Position numbers and translations under genes: made by a program | NCBI GenBank assembly: GCA_034520945.1 | Contig: JAXHNB010000005.1 | Coordinates: 448,001 to 512,000 of the forward strand | DNA length: 64,000 bases | Direction of reading: 5' to 3' | Source: Trueperaceae bacterium | GTDB lineage: Bacteria; Deinococcota; Deinococci; Deinococcales; Trueperaceae | In this document: piece after piece, positions 31,442-42,806 of the stretch | Layout of the letters: each line of letters begins with the position of its first letter | How positions within the stretch are numbered: position 1 is the stretch's first letter | The notes under the pieces: generated by a model | What the model saw: only the letters and a program-made list of their open reading frames with translations | Databases searched by the model: none | Told to the model about the DNA's origin: nothing

Positions 31442-33403
31442 ATGCAGAACGTCCTGCACCTCACCCCGGAGGCGGCAGGCCTCTTCCTCGAGGCGCGCGC
31501 GGCCGCCTCCGGTCCGCTGTCGCGCCTCCCGGAACGGGACCGGCAGATCTTCTTGTTGCGGCTCGAACGCTGGTTCCAGAACCTGGTGGACGGGCTGACG
31601 CCGGTGTACGGGCAGCGGTCCGACTTTCGGACCTTCCTGGTGGGGTTGTGCCGCGAGCTCGCCGAGGGGTACGCCGCGCGGCCGGAGACGCTGAAGGAGC
31701 TGGACCTGGAGCGCGACCTGACGCCGGACTGGTTCCAGCGCGAGTCGATGCTGGGCTACGTGTTCTACGTCGATCGCTTCGCGGGGACGTTGGCGGGGCT
31801 GAAGGAGGCGCGGACGCAGGCGTACCTGGCCGAGGTGGGGGCGACCTATCTGCACCTGATGTCGGTGCTGCAGGCGCGGGAGGGCGAGAACGACGGCGGC
31901 TACGCGATCCGCGACTACCGCGAGGTCGACCCGGCGCTCGGCACCCGGGCCGACCTGCAGGAGCTGTGCACCGTGCTTCGCGAGAAGGGCGTCAGCGTGT
32001 GCATCGACGTGGTGCTGAACCACTGCGCCGATCAGCACGCCTGGGCGCAGCGCGCCACCGCCGGCGAGAAGCGCTACCAGGACTACTTCTACACCTTCGA
32101 GGACCGCACCATGCCGGACGCGTACGAGCGCACGCTGCCCGAGGTGTTCCCGGACATGGCGCCCGGAAACTTCACCTACCAGCCCGACATGGGGCGCTGG
32201 GTGTGGACGACGTTCCACACCTACCAGTGGGACCTGAACTGGTCCAACCCGCACGTGTTCTCCGAGATCGTGCGGGCGATGGTGGACCTCGCCAACCTGG
32301 GGGTGGAGGTGTTCCGCTTGGACGCCGTCGCGTTCATGTGGAAGCGCCTGGGCACCAACGGCCAGAATCAGCCCGAGGTGCACGACCTGCTGCAGGGTCT
32401 GCGCGCGTGCAGCAAGATCGCCACCCCGGCGGTCGCGCACAAGGCGGAGGCGATCGTCAGCCCCGACGACCTGATCCACTACTTCGGCACCGGTCGGCGC
32501 TACGGCAAGGTGAGCAACATCGCCTACCACAACACGTTGATGGTGCAGTTCTGGTCGTCCTTGGCCAGCCGCGACACGCGCCTGATGACGCGCACGCTGC
32601 AGGAGTTCCCTCGGACGCCCACCTCGATCGCGTGGGGCACGTACCTGCGCGGCCACGACGACGTGGGCTGGGCCATCACCGACGAGGACGCGGCCGCGGT
32701 CGGGCTGGACGGCGCCACGCACCGCGCGTTCCTGTCGGACTTCTACGCCGGCGCGTTTCCGGGCAGTCACGCCCGCGGGCGGGTGTTCGCCTTCAACCCG
32801 AAGACGCACGACCGGCGGATCTCCGGGATGCTGGCCAGCCTGGCGGGCTTGGAGCAGGCGCTGGACGAGGGGGACGAGCGCCGCGTGGCCCTCAGCATCG
32901 AGCGGATCCTGCTGGGGCACGCGCTGATCTTCGGCTTCGGGGGGATCCCGCTGCTGTACATGGGGGACGAGCTGGGCATGCGCAACGACTACGGCTATGA
33001 GCGCCGCAATGATCACGTGGGCGACAACCGTTGGCTGCACCGGCCGTTCATGGACTGGGACGCGGCCGAACGGCGGCGGGACGCCGATGCGGTGGAGGGC
33101 CGAATCTTCCAGGGCCTGCGGCGGCTGGTGCGCGCCCGGGCGCGCACCCCGCACCTGCACGCGGCGTACGGCACGGAGGTCTTGGACGTCGGCCATCCGA
33201 GCCTGTTCGTATTCGTTCGCCCGCATCCGTTGGGCCAGCTGCTGGCGGTGATGAACATGACCGAGCGGGCGCAGTCCATGCCCGCGGGCGTGCTGTTCGA
33301 TCACGGCATCGAGCAGCCGTTCGACCAGATCGAGCAGGCCTTCGTCGACGTCTCCAGCGGCCACCTCGCCCTGACCCCGTACCAGCGCTACTGGCTGATC
33401 TAG
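31442..33403 (+). CDS. Amylosucrase (GH13_4)
   Basis: DGGYAIRDYR, DVVLNH, QWDLNWSNP, FRLDAVAFMWK, KAEAIV, YLRGHDDVGW, RISGMLASLAG, DNRWLHRP. Confidence 0.88.
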   Translation: MQNVLHLTPEAAGLFLEARAAASGPLSRLPERDRQIFLLRLERWFQNLVDGLTPVYGQRSDFRTFLVGLCRELAEGYAARPETLKELDLERDLTPDWFQRESMLGYVFYVDRFAGTLAGLKEARTQAYLAEVGATYLHLMSVLQAREGENDGGYAIRDYREVDPALGTRADLQELCTVLREKGVSVCIDVVLNHCADQHAWAQRATAGEKRYQDYFYTFEDRTMPDAYERTLPEVFPDMAPGNFTYQPDMGRWVWTTFHTYQWDLNWSNPHVFSEIVRAMVDLANLGVEVFRLDAVAFMWKRLGTNGQNQPEVHDLLQGLRACSKIATPAVAHKAEAIVSPDDLIHYFGTGRRYGKVSNIAYHNTLMVQFWSSLASRDTRLMTRTLQEFPRTPTSIAWGTYLRGHDDVGWAITDEDAAAVGLDGATHRAFLSDFYAGAFPGSHARGRVFAFNPKTHDRRISGMLASLAGLEQALDEGDERRVALSIERILLGHALIFGFGGIPLLYMGDELGMRNDYGYERRNDHVGDNRWLHRPFMDWDAAERRRDADAVEGRIFQGLRRLVRARARTPHLHAAYGTEVLDVGHPSLFVFVRPHPLGQLLAVMNMTERAQSMPAGVLFDHGIEQPFDQIEQAFVDVSSGHLALTPYQRYWLI

Positions 33404-33447
33404 GCGCCGGTCCTGGGGTCGTGCGGCGCGTCCCGGCGCGCCGGGGC

Positions 33448-33477
33448 TTGCGCGGGAGCGGGTGCACCCGCTATACT
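33448..33477 (+). promoter_or_regulatory. SigmaA-type promoter of the str operon
   Basis: TTGCGC (33448-33453), 18-nt spacer, TATACT (33472-33477). Confidence 0.7.
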
Positions 33478-33483
33478 GGCAAA

Positions 33484-33728
33484 GTTTGCGTCCCCCTGGC
33501 TCGCAGCGACGGGTCCGGGGGCTGGCCTGTCGTGAGCGTTCGCGATCAATGACGGGTCGCTTGCACCCAGGTGCGGGGACGCGTACCCCTTCAGCGCGAG
33601 GGACGCCGTTCCGGGGACGCCCCGGACCCCGCGCGCCGCCTCGACCGTCCGGAGACCGTTAGGCCCGTACACGTACACGCGCCGACCCATGCACGGGCCG
33701 GTGACGCCAGGAACGAGGAGTGATCACG
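33484..33728 (+). ncRNA. Candidate structured 5' leader of rpsL
   Basis: About 245 nt between promoter and rpsL with several inverted repeats: GCGTCCCC/GGGGACGC, CCGGGG/CCCCGG, GGCCCGT/ACGGGCC. Confidence 0.45.
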
Positions 33729-34118
<390 letters not shown>

Positions 34119-34129
34119 GGAGGGGGGAC

Positions 34130-34600
34130 ATGGGACGCAGAAGAAGAGCCGAAATCCGCAAGCTGGAACCGGACCTGGTCTATGCCGACACCACGGTCAC
34201 CGCCTTCGTGAACAAGATGATGCGCGCCGGCAAGAAGAACCTGGCCAGCCGCATCTTCTACGGGGCCTGTCGCTTGATCCAGGAGCGCAGCGGCCAGGAG
34301 CCGCTCAAGGTCTTCCGGCAGGCGGCCGACAACGTGCGGCCGAAGACCGAGGTCAAGAGCCGACGCGTCGGCGGGGCCACCTACCAGGTGCCGGTCGAGG
34401 TCAATGCGCGCCGCGCCCACTCGTTGAGCCTGCGCTGGTTGGTGGCCGCATCCGATTCGCGTCCCGAACGCACCGCCGTCGAGCGCGTGGCGGGCGAACT
34501 GTTGGACGCCTCGCAGGGACGCGGCGGCGCCGCGAAGAAGAAGGAGGACGTCGAGCGCATGGCGGAGGCCAACAGGGCCTACGCGCACTACCGCTGGTAG
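34130..34600 (+). CDS. rpsG: 30S ribosomal protein S7
   Basis: [28 protein letters not shown]. Confidence 0.98.
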   Translation: MGRRRRAEIRKLEPDLVYADTTVTAFVNKMMRAGKKNLASRIFYGACRLIQERSGQEPLKVFRQAADNVRPKTEVKSRRVGGATYQVPVEVNARRAHSLSLRWLVAASDSRPERTAVERVAGELLDASQGRGGAAKKKEDVERMAEANRAYAHYRW

Positions 34601-34616
34601 GCGCCGACACATTCAG

Positions 34617-36686
34617 ATGGCTACTTCCACCACGATCGACCTACGCTGGGTACGCAACATCGGGATCGCTGCGCACATCGATGCCGGCAAGACCACGTTG
34701 ACGGAGCGGATCCTGTTCTACGCCGGCCGCATCCACAAGATGGGCGAGACGCACGAGGGCGGCTCGCAGATGGACTGGATGGAGCAGGAGAAGGAGCGCG
34801 GCATCACCATCACCTCGGCTGTGACGCAGTGCGCCTGGAACGACCACCGCATCAACATCATCGACACCCCGGGCCACGTCGACTTCACGATCGAGGTCGA
34901 GCGCTCGATGCGCGTGTTGGATGCTGCGGTGGCTGTGTTCGACGCTTCGCAGGGGGTCGAGCCGCAGTCGGAGACGGTCTGGCGCCAGGCCGACCGGTAC
35001 CACGTGCCGCGGCTGGCGTTCGCCAACAAGATGGACAAGACCGGGGCCGACTTCCAGTTGGTGCTCGACTCGATGGACGAGCGCCTGGGGGCCAACGCGG
35101 TGCCGATCCAGTGGCCGATGGGGGCGGAGGACAAGTTCCTCGGCGTGATCGACCTGGTCGAGATGAAGGCGTACACCTTCATGGACGACATGGGCAAGGA
35201 CATCCGCATCTCCGACGTTCCCGAGGAGTACGCCGAGACGGCCAAGGCGAAGCGCAACCTGATGGTCGAGCGGCTGGCCGACGTGGACGACGAGGTGGCG
35301 ATGGCGTACCTCGAGGGCGAGGAGGTCGACGTCGACACCGTGAAGAACGCCATCCGGAAGGGCGTCATCGCGCTCGAGGTGTTTCCCGTGATGTGCGGCT
35401 CCGCGCTCAAGAACAAGGGCGTGCAGCGCGTCCTGGACGCGGTGACCTACTACCTGCCCAGCCCGTTGGACGTCCCGCCGATTCACGGCCTGCTGCCCGA
35501 CGGCAGCGAGGAGAGCCGGCCGGCCGACCGGGACGCGCCGACCGCGGCGCTGGCGTTCAAGATCGCGACCGACCCCTACGTGGGGCGCCTCACCTTCGTC
35601 CGGGTGTACTCGGGCGTGCTGGAGGCGGGCTCGTACGTGTACAACGTGTCGAAGGGCAAGCGCGAGCGCATCGGGCGCCTGCTGAAGATGCACGCCAACA
35701 GCCGTGAGGAGGTCGACCGCATCGAGGCGGGCGATCTCGGCGCCGTGATCGGGCTGAAGGACACCACCACCGGCGATACCTTGGCCGATCCCGACCACAT
35801 GATCGAGCTGGAGTCGATCGAGATCCCCGAGCCCGTGATCACGGTCGCGATCGAGCCGGTGTCGAAGGCGGACCAGGACAAGCTGAGCAACGGCATCGCC
35901 AAGCTGGCGGAGGAGGATCCGACCTTCCGCGTCGAGACCGACCCCGAAACCGCCCAGACCAAGATCTCGGGCATGGGCGAGTTGCACCTCGACATCATCG
36001 TCGACCGCCTGCGGCGGGAGTTCAAGGTGGCCGCCAACGTCGGCGCGCCGCAGGTCGCCTACCGCGAGACCATCACGCGGCCCGTGGACGTGGAGGGCAA
36101 GTTCGTCCGGCAGACCGGCGGGCGTGGGCAGTACGGTCACGTCAAGATCAAGGCGGCGCCGCGCGACCGCGGCGAGGGGTTCGAGTTCGAGAACGCCGTC
36201 GTGGGCGGGACCATCCCCAAGGACTACATTCCCGCGGTGCAGAAGGGCGTCGAGGAGGCCATGCAGAACGGGCCGCTCCTCGGCTTCCCGATCGTGGACG
36301 TGAAGGTGACGCTGTACGAGGGCTCCTACCACGAGGTGGACAGCTCCGAGATGGCGTTCAAGATCGCCGCGTCGATGGCCATTCGGAACGTGATGGCCCA
36401 GGGCGGCGCCGTCCTCCTCGAACCCGTGATGCGGGTCGAGGTCGTCACGCCCGAACAGCACATGGGCGATGTGATCGGCAATCTGAACTCGCGCCGCGGC
36501 CAGATCCAAGGCATGGAGCCGCGCGGCAAGTACCAGGTCGTCACCGCGCACGTTCCGCTGGCCGAGATGTTCGGCTACGCGACCGACCTTCGCAGCCTGA
36601 CGCAGGGCCGCGCCACCTTCACGATGTTCCTCGATCACTACGCGGAAGTGCCGAAGAGCATCCAGGAACAACTCACCAAGAAGTAA
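34617..36686 (+). CDS. fusA: Elongation factor G
   Basis: [44 protein letters not shown]. Confidence 0.99.
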   Translation: MATSTTIDLRWVRNIGIAAHIDAGKTTLTERILFYAGRIHKMGETHEGGSQMDWMEQEKERGITITSAVTQCAWNDHRINIIDTPGHVDFTIEVERSMRVLDAAVAVFDASQGVEPQSETVWRQADRYHVPRLAFANKMDKTGADFQLVLDSMDERLGANAVPIQWPMGAEDKFLGVIDLVEMKAYTFMDDMGKDIRISDVPEEYAETAKAKRNLMVERLADVDDEVAMAYLEGEEVDVDTVKNAIRKGVIALEVFPVMCGSALKNKGVQRVLDAVTYYLPSPLDVPPIHGLLPDGSEESRPADRDAPTAALAFKIATDPYVGRLTFVRVYSGVLEAGSYVYNVSKGKRERIGRLLKMHANSREEVDRIEAGDLGAVIGLKDTTTGDTLADPDHMIELESIEIPEPVITVAIEPVSKADQDKLSNGIAKLAEEDPTFRVETDPETAQTKISGMGELHLDIIVDRLRREFKVAANVGAPQVAYRETITRPVDVEGKFVRQTGGRGQYGHVKIKAAPRDRGEGFEFENAVVGGTIPKDYIPAVQKGVEEAMQNGPLLGFPIVDVKVTLYEGSYHEVDSSEMAFKIAASMAIRNVMAQGGAVLLEPVMRVEVVTPEQHMGDVIGNLNSRRGQIQGMEPRGKYQVVTAHVPLAEMFGYATDLRSLTQGRATFTMFLDHYAEVPKSIQEQLTKK

Positions 36687-36700
36687 GGAGCTGAGGAGTC

Positions 36701-37918
36701 ATGGCGAAAGCGACGTTTGAGCGTTCGAAGCCGCATGTGAATGTGGGGACGATTGGGCATGTGGATCATGGGAAGACGACGTTGACGGCTGCGATTACGT
36801 TTGCGGCTGCGGCGGCGGATCCGTCTGCTGAGACGATGTCGTATGAGCAGATCGATAAGGCGCCGGAGGAGAAGGCGCGGGGGATTACGATTAATACGGC
36901 GCATGTGGAGTATCAGACGGGGGCGCGTCATTATTCGCATGTGGATTGTCCGGGGCATGCGGATTATGTGAAGAACATGATTACGGGGGCGGCGCAGATG
37001 GATGGTGCGGTGTTGGTGGTGTCGGCGGCGGATGGGCCGATGCCGCAGACGCGTGAGCATATTTTGTTGGCGCGTCAGGTGGGGGTGCCGTATGTGGTGG
37101 TGTTTTTGAACAAGGTGGACATGGTGGATGATGAGGAGTTGTTGGAGTTGGTGGAGATGGAGGTGCGGGAGCTTTTGTCGAGTTATGAGTTTCCCGGCGA
37201 TGATGTGCCGGTGGTGTCGGGGTCGGCGTTGAAGGCGTTGGAGGCGTTGGTGGCGAATCCGAATGTGCAGCGGGGTGAGGATTCGTGGGTGGATCAGGTT
37301 TGGTCGTTGATGGATGCGTTGGATGGGTATGTGCCGACGCCTGAGCGTGATGTGGATAAGCCGTTTTTGATGCCTGTGGAGGATGTGTTCACGATTACGG
37401 GTCGTGGGACGGTGGCGACGGGTCGTGTTGAGCGGGGTGTGGTGAAGACGGGGGATGAGGTCGAGATCGTGGGGTTGTCGGCGACGCGGAAGTCTGTGGT
37501 GACGGGTGTGGAGATGCATCGGAAGACGCTTCAGTCGGGGATGGCTGGGGATAATGTGGGGGTTTTGTTGCGGGGGGTTGCGCGTGATGAGGTGGCGCGG
37601 GGTCAGGTGTTGGCGAAGCCTGGGTCGATTACGCCGCATACGAAGTTTCGGGGGTCGGTGTATGTGTTGCGGAAGGATGAGGGGGGTCGGCATAGTGCGT
37701 TTTTTGCGGGGTATCGGCCTCAGTTTTACTTTCGTACGACGGATGTGACGGGGGTGTGTACGTTGCCGGGGGATGTGGAGATGGTGATGCCGGGGGATAA
37801 TGTGGAGTTGTCGGTGTCGTTGATTAAGCCGATTGCGATGGAGGAGGGGTTGCGGTTTGCGATTCGTGAGGGGGGTCGTACGGTGGGTGCGGGTGTCGTG
37901 ACGGGGATCGAGGAGTAA
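36701..37918 (+). CDS. tuf: Elongation factor Tu (extreme G/T-ending codon usage)
   Basis: [54 protein letters not shown]. Confidence 0.99.
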   Translation: MAKATFERSKPHVNVGTIGHVDHGKTTLTAAITFAAAAADPSAETMSYEQIDKAPEEKARGITINTAHVEYQTGARHYSHVDCPGHADYVKNMITGAAQMDGAVLVVSAADGPMPQTREHILLARQVGVPYVVVFLNKVDMVDDEELLELVEMEVRELLSSYEFPGDDVPVVSGSALKALEALVANPNVQRGEDSWVDQVWSLMDALDGYVPTPERDVDKPFLMPVEDVFTITGRGTVATGRVERGVVKTGDEVEIVGLSATRKSVVTGVEMHRKTLQSGMAGDNVGVLLRGVARDEVARGQVLAKPGSITPHTKFRGSVYVLRKDEGGRHSAFFAGYRPQFYFRTTDVTGVCTLPGDVEMVMPGDNVELSVSLIKPIAMEEGLRFAIREGGRTVGAGVVTGIEE

Positions 37919-37921
37919 GCC

Positions 37922-38242
37922 GTGGCGACCCCGAAGATTCGCATCAAACTGAAGGCGTTCGACCACCGCAGCCTCGACAGCTCCGCCACCCGGATCGTCG
38001 ACACCGTTCGCCGCACCGGCGCCGACGTGGCGGGACCGGTGCCGCTGCCGACGCGTGTGCGCCGGTTCTGCGTCCTTCGTAGTCCGTTCACGGACAAGGA
38101 CAGCCGCGAGCACTTCGAGATCCGTACCCACAACCGGTTGATCGACATCAAGTCGCCCACCAAGGGCACGATCGACAGCCTCATGCACCTCGACCTCCCG
38201 ACAGGGGTGGACATCGAGATCAAGACGGTCGGAGGCCGCTAG
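37922..38242 (+). CDS. rpsJ: 30S ribosomal protein S10
   Basis: [25 protein letters not shown]. Confidence 0.98.
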   Translation: MATPKIRIKLKAFDHRSLDSSATRIVDTVRRTGADVAGPVPLPTRVRRFCVLRSPFTDKDSREHFEIRTHNRLIDIKSPTKGTIDSLMHLDLPTGVDIEIKTVGGR

Positions 38243-38865
38243 TGAAAGGAATCCTCGGCACCAAGGTGGGCATGACCCAGGTCTGGCGCGGTGAACGGTT
38301 GATTCCCGTCACCGTCGTCCTGGCCGGTCCGTGCCCCGTGGTGCAGCGAAAGACCGCGGCCCACGACGGCTACGACGCCGTCCAACTGGGCTGGGACGAG
38401 GTTCGAGAATCGTCGGTGAACAGGCCGACGAAGGGGCACTTCGACGCGCACGGGGCGCCGCCGCAGCGGCACCTCGTCGAGTTCCGCGACTACGCGCCCG
38501 AGGACGACTCGGTCACGGTCGAGGTCTTCGACGGCGTTCAGGTGGTCGACGTCATCGGCACCACCAAGGGACGTGGCACCGCCGGCGTCATAAAGCGCTG
38601 GAACTTCTCGGGCATGCCCGCCACCCACGGCACCAAGAAGAAGCACCGCCACCCGGGCTCGATCGGGACCGGCCAGACGCCGGGCCGCGTGTACAAGGGC
38701 CGCAAGATGGCGGGCCGCTACGGGGCGAAACCGGTCACCACGATCGGGCTCGAGGTGTTCGAAGTGCGCAAGGACGACAACCTGCTGTTGCTGAAGGGCG
38801 CCGTGCCGGGTCCCAAGGGCGGCATGGTGGTCGTCAAGCAATCGCAACGGAAGAAGGTGAGCTGA
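38242..38865 (+). CDS. rplC: 50S ribosomal protein L3
   Basis: [27 protein letters not shown]. Confidence 0.98.
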   Translation: MKGILGTKVGMTQVWRGERLIPVTVVLAGPCPVVQRKTAAHDGYDAVQLGWDEVRESSVNRPTKGHFDAHGAPPQRHLVEFRDYAPEDDSVTVEVFDGVQVVDVIGTTKGRGTAGVIKRWNFSGMPATHGTKKKHRHPGSIGTGQTPGRVYKGRKMAGRYGAKPVTTIGLEVFEVRKDDNLLLLKGAVPGPKGGMVVVKQSQRKKVS

Positions 38866-39458
38866 TGCCGGTCACGCTGGACGTCGTCGGCAGCGGCCGC
38901 ACCGTGACGTTGGACCTGCCCGAGCCTCAGGAGTCGGTGCTGCACGAAGTCGTCGCCTGGCAGTTGGCCAAGAGGCGCCGGGGCACCGCCGCCACCAAGT
39001 CGCGGGGCAAGGTCGCGGGCTCCACGGCGAAGATCTACCCGCAGAAGGGGACCGGCCGCGCCCGACACGGCAGCCGCAAGGCGCCGATCTTCGTGGGCGG
39101 CGGGATCACCTTCGGCCCCGCGCCTCGTTCGTACGGCTACACGCTGCCGCGCCGCGTCCGCAAGCTCGGACTGCACATGGCGCTGGCGGCCCGGGCCCAA
39201 GAGGGCAAGCTGACCCTGGTCGAGTCGTTCGACGTGAACGGCAAGACCAAGGAGTTCGTCGCCTGGGCACGGGCCAACGGGTTCGACGGCAGCGAGCACG
39301 TGCTGCTGGTCACCGACGACGAACTGGCGCGCCGCGCCGCCCGCAACCTGCCGTGGGTGCACGTGCTGCCGGGTCGCGGCCTGAACGTGTACGACATCCT
39401 GCGTCACGAGGCGCTCATCGCCGACGCCGCGCTGTTCGACGGGGAGGACGCGGAATGA
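38865..39458 (+). CDS. rplD: 50S ribosomal protein L4
   Basis: [25 protein letters not shown]. Confidence 0.97.
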   Translation: MPVTLDVVGSGRTVTLDLPEPQESVLHEVVAWQLAKRRRGTAATKSRGKVAGSTAKIYPQKGTGRARHGSRKAPIFVGGGITFGPAPRSYGYTLPRRVRKLGLHMALAARAQEGKLTLVESFDVNGKTKEFVAWARANGFDGSEHVLLVTDDELARRAARNLPWVHVLPGRGLNVYDILRHEALIADAALFDGEDAE

Positions 39459-39742
39459 ATGTTCACGACGTGATCCGGCGACCCGTGCTGAGCGAGAAGG
39501 CCGTCTCGGAGATCGAAGCCGGCAAGTACGCCTTCTTCGTGCACCCAGGCGCCAACCGTACCCAGATCAAGGACGCCGTCGAGACCGTGTTCGAGGTCGA
39601 CGTCGTCAAGATCAACCTTTTGAACGTGCCCGGCAAGCTCAAGCGCATGGGGCGGTACCAGGGGCGTAGCCCGAACCGGAAGAAAGCCGTCGTCACCCTC
39701 GCTGCGGGACAGAAGATCCAGCAGCTCGAGGGCCTGACCTAA
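39455..39742 (+). CDS. rplW: 50S ribosomal protein L23
   Basis: PVLSEKA, IKDAVE, KKAVVTL. Confidence 0.96.
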   Translation: MNVHDVIRRPVLSEKAVSEIEAGKYAFFVHPGANRTQIKDAVETVFEVDVVKINLLNVPGKLKRMGRYQGRSPNRKKAVVTLAAGQKIQQLEGLT

Positions 39743-39752
39743 GGGAGGGGCC

Positions 39753-40589
39753 ATGGCCACCAAGAAGTACAGACCGTATACGCCCTCCCGACGCTTCATG
39801 ACCACCTCCGACTTCGCGGAGGTCACGCATGCGAAGCCGGAGAAGTCGCTGCTGACCCGCATGAAGCGGACGGGGGGCCGCAACAATCGGGGCCGGATCA
39901 CCTCGCGCTTCCGGGGGGGCGGGCACAAGCGTCGCTACCGGATCATCGACTTCCGGCGCCGCGACAAGGAGAGCGTGCCGGCCAAGGTCGCGCGCATCGA
40001 GTACGACCCCAACCGCACCGCCCGCATCGCGCTGCTGCACTACGTCGACGGCGAGAAGCGCTACGTGTTGGCCCCCGAGCGGATCCGCGTCGGGAGCTCC
40101 ATCGTGGCCGGTCCGGACGCCGAACCGGTCGTCGGCAACGCGCTGCCGCTGCGCTTCATCCCGGTCGGGGTGGTCGTGCACGCGGTCGAGCTGGTGCCCG
40201 GCAAGGGCGCACAGTTGGCCCGCAGCGCCGGCACCAGGATCCAGATCCAGGGGCGGGACGGCGCCTACGTCACCTTGCGCCTCCCGTCGGGAGAATTGCG
40301 CCGCGTGCACGGCGAGTGTTACGCCACGGTAGGCACAGTCAGCAATGCCGAGCACAAGAACTTGGTGCTGGGCAAGGCCGGCCGCCAGCGCTGGATGGGG
40401 CGCAAGCCGCACCAGCGCGGGCGCGCGATGAACCCGGTCGATCATCCGCACGGCGGGGGCGAGGGTCGCTCCAGCGGCGGACGCCCGCCGGTCAGCCCCT
40501 GGGGCCAGCAATCCAAGGGTCTCAAGACGCGTGATCGGCGCAAGACCTCGAGCCGCTTCATCGTGCGGCGTCGGAAGGGAAGGAAGTAA
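39753..40589 (+). CDS. rplB: 50S ribosomal protein L2
   Basis: [35 protein letters not shown]. Confidence 0.99.
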   Translation: MATKKYRPYTPSRRFMTTSDFAEVTHAKPEKSLLTRMKRTGGRNNRGRITSRFRGGGHKRRYRIIDFRRRDKESVPAKVARIEYDPNRTARIALLHYVDGEKRYVLAPERIRVGSSIVAGPDAEPVVGNALPLRFIPVGVVVHAVELVPGKGAQLARSAGTRIQIQGRDGAYVTLRLPSGELRRVHGECYATVGTVSNAEHKNLVLGKAGRQRWMGRKPHQRGRAMNPVDHPHGGGEGRSSGGRPPVSPWGQQSKGLKTRDRRKTSSRFIVRRRKGRK

Positions 40590-40852
40590 TGGCGCGCAGC
40601 ATGAAGAAGGGGCCGTTCGTCGACGAGCACCTGCTCACCAAGATCGACGCGGCCAACGAGGCGGGCGACCGCCGCGTGATCCGCACCTGGAGCCGCCGCA
40701 GCACGGTGGTGCCCGAGATGGTGGGCCTCACGCTCGGCGTCTACAACGGGCGGCAGCACGTGCCGGTGTTCGTGCAGGAGAACATGGTGGGGCACAAGCT
40801 CGGTGAGTTCGCCCCCACCCGGACCTTCCGCACGCACGGACGGAGGGAGTGA
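40589..40852 (+). CDS. rpsS: 30S ribosomal protein S19
   Basis: [27 protein letters not shown]. Confidence 0.98.
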   Translation: MARSMKKGPFVDEHLLTKIDAANEAGDRRVIRTWSRRSTVVPEMVGLTLGVYNGRQHVPVFVQENMVGHKLGEFAPTRTFRTHGRRE

Positions 40853-40853
40853 G

Positions 40854-41195
40854 GTGCGGGCCTCCGCCACCCTCCGCATGCACCGTGCGTCGCCGCGCAA
40901 GGCGCGGCTGGTCATCGACCTGATCCGCGGCAAGGACGTCAGCGAGGCGGAGTCGATCCTGCGCTTCACCGACAAGCGTGCCGCCGCGCCCGTGCTGAAA
41001 CTGCTGACCAGCGCGAAGGCCAACGCCGTCAACAACCACGACATGTTCGAGGACGCCCTCTACGTGTCCGAGGTGCAGGTGGGCGACGGTCCGACGCTCA
41101 AGCGCTTTTTGCCGCGCGCCCGCGGCCGCGCCGATCTTATGCGCAAGCGCACGAGCCACGTCACCATCACCCTGGAGGAACGCAGTGGGCAATAA
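40854..41195 (+). CDS. rplV: 50S ribosomal protein L22
   Basis: [28 protein letters not shown]. Confidence 0.97.
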   Translation: MRASATLRMHRASPRKARLVIDLIRGKDVSEAESILRFTDKRAAAPVLKLLTSAKANAVNNHDMFEDALYVSEVQVGDGPTLKRFLPRARGRADLMRKRTSHVTITLEERSGQ

Positions 41196-41943
41196 AATCA
41201 ATCCGCTCGGTTTCCGCCTCGGCGTCAACAAGGTCGCTTCGGCCCGTTGGTACGCCGGCAAGGCCGACTACCCCCGCCTGTTGGCGGAGGACGAGACGAT
41301 CCGCCGGCTGATCCACAAGAGCGTGGGACACGCCGGCATCGCACGGGTCGACATCGAACGCGCCGCGCACAACCTGAACGTCACCGTGTTCACGGCCAAG
41401 CCCGGCGTGGTGATCGGCCGGGGCGGCGAGGCGATCAAGGCGTTGCGGGCGGAGCTGGACAAGCAGATCGACGGCACCGTCGCCGTGAACGTCCAGGAGG
41501 TGCCGAACGCCAACACCAACGGCATGTTGGTGGCGCAGCGCATCCGCGATCAGCTGGAGCGCCGCTTCGCGTTCCGTCGCGCCATGAAGCAGGCGGTGCA
41601 GCGCACCATGGAGTCGGGCGCCAAGGGCGTCAAGATCCGCTGCTCCGGTCGTCTGGGCGGCACCGAGCAGGCCCGGCCCGAGTGGTACAGTGACGGCCGC
41701 GTTCCGCTGCAGACGCTGCGAGCGGATATCGACTACGGCACCGCGGAGGCGCGGACCGCCTACGGCGTGGTCGGGGTCAAGGCCTGGGTGTTCCACGGCG
41801 AGATCGTCGGGGACAAGCAACGCGAGGCCGCCGTGCTGCCCCGTACCCGCCGCGACGACGACGACAAGAAGAAGCGCCGCCGTCCCACGCGTCGCCGCGA
41901 CGCGCCGGGCGGACGCCGCACCCGCGTGAGGAAGGACGACTGA
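41185..41943 (+). CDS. rpsC: 30S ribosomal protein S3
   Basis: [36 protein letters not shown]; basic C-terminal tail. Confidence 0.98.
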   Translation: MGNKINPLGFRLGVNKVASARWYAGKADYPRLLAEDETIRRLIHKSVGHAGIARVDIERAAHNLNVTVFTAKPGVVIGRGGEAIKALRAELDKQIDGTVAVNVQEVPNANTNGMLVAQRIRDQLERRFAFRRAMKQAVQRTMESGAKGVKIRCSGRLGGTEQARPEWYSDGRVPLQTLRADIDYGTAEARTAYGVVGVKAWVFHGEIVGDKQREAAVLPRTRRDDDDKKKRRRPTRRRDAPGGRRTRVRKDD

Positions 41944-41946
41944 GCG

Positions 41947-42372
41947 ATGCTGCTCCCCAAGCGCGTCAAATACCGCAAGCAGTTCCGCGGTCGCATGAAG
42001 GGCGACACCAAGGGCGGCGACTACGTCGCGTTCGGCGATTACGCCCTGGTCGCGACCGAGCCCGCTTGGATCAAGTCCAACCAGATCGAGGCGTGCCGCA
42101 TCACCATGAGCCGCTACTTCAAGCGCGGCGGCAAGATCTACATCCGCATCTTCCCCGACAAGCCCGTCACCAAGAAGCCGCAGGAAGTGCGCATGGGCAA
42201 GGGCAAGGGCGCGGTCGAGTTCTGGGTCGCGGTGGTGAAGCCCGGCCGCATTTTGTTCGAGGTCGCCAACGTGACCGAGGCGCAGGCGCAAGAGGCGTTC
42301 CGCCTCGCGACCAACAAGCTGCCGATCGCCACCAAGATGGTTTCGCGGGAGATCTACGATGAAGCCCAATGA
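41947..42372 (+). CDS. rplP: 50S ribosomal protein L16
   Basis: [19 protein letters not shown]. Confidence 0.98.
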   Translation: MLLPKRVKYRKQFRGRMKGDTKGGDYVAFGDYALVATEPAWIKSNQIEACRITMSRYFKRGGKIYIRIFPDKPVTKKPQEVRMGKGKGAVEFWVAVVKPGRILFEVANVTEAQAQEAFRLATNKLPIATKMVSREIYDEAQ

Positions 42373-42550
42373 GATTCGCAACCTGACGGCGGAGGAGATC
42401 GCGGCCGCCGTGGACGAGCGCCGGGAGGAACTGCTGGATTTGCGCTTCCAGGCCGCGGTCGGGCAGGCGTCGGATCCCCGCCGGATCCGGACCACCAAGC
42501 GAGAGATCGCGCGGCTTCTCACCATCCACCATGAAAAGGAGGCGTCGTGA
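42359..42550 (+). CDS. rpmC: 50S ribosomal protein L29
   Basis: [18 protein letters not shown]; position in the S10 operon. Confidence 0.95.
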   Translation: MKPNEIRNLTAEEIAAAVDERREELLDLRFQAAVGQASDPRRIRTTKREIARLLTIHHEKEAS

Positions 42551-42792
42551 AGAGGGTCCTGCAAGGCCGCGTCGTGAGCGACAAGGCCGAAAAGACCGTG
42601 ACCGTGTCGGTCGAGCGGCGCTTCAAGCACCCGCTCTACGAGAAGGTCGTCAGTCGCAGTCAGAAGTATCTCGCGCACGACGAGGAGAACGCCTACGGCG
42701 TCGGTGACACGGTCGAGATCGTGTCCACCCGCCCGGTGAGCAAGCGCAAGCGCTTCCGTGTGAGCAGGCTTCTCGAAAAAGCGCGTAGTTAG
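42547..42792 (+). CDS. rpsQ: 30S ribosomal protein S17
   Basis: [25 protein letters not shown]. Confidence 0.97.
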   Translation: MKRVLQGRVVSDKAEKTVTVSVERRFKHPLYEKVVSRSQKYLAHDEENAYGVGDTVEIVSTRPVSKRKRFRVSRLLEKARS

Positions 42793-42806
42793 GCCTCGGA
42801 GGCATC

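Noticed and set aside
36638..38188. 516-aa His/Arg/Pro-rich antisense ORF over tuf
   Set aside because: A by-product of tuf's codon bias; no start signals or motifs
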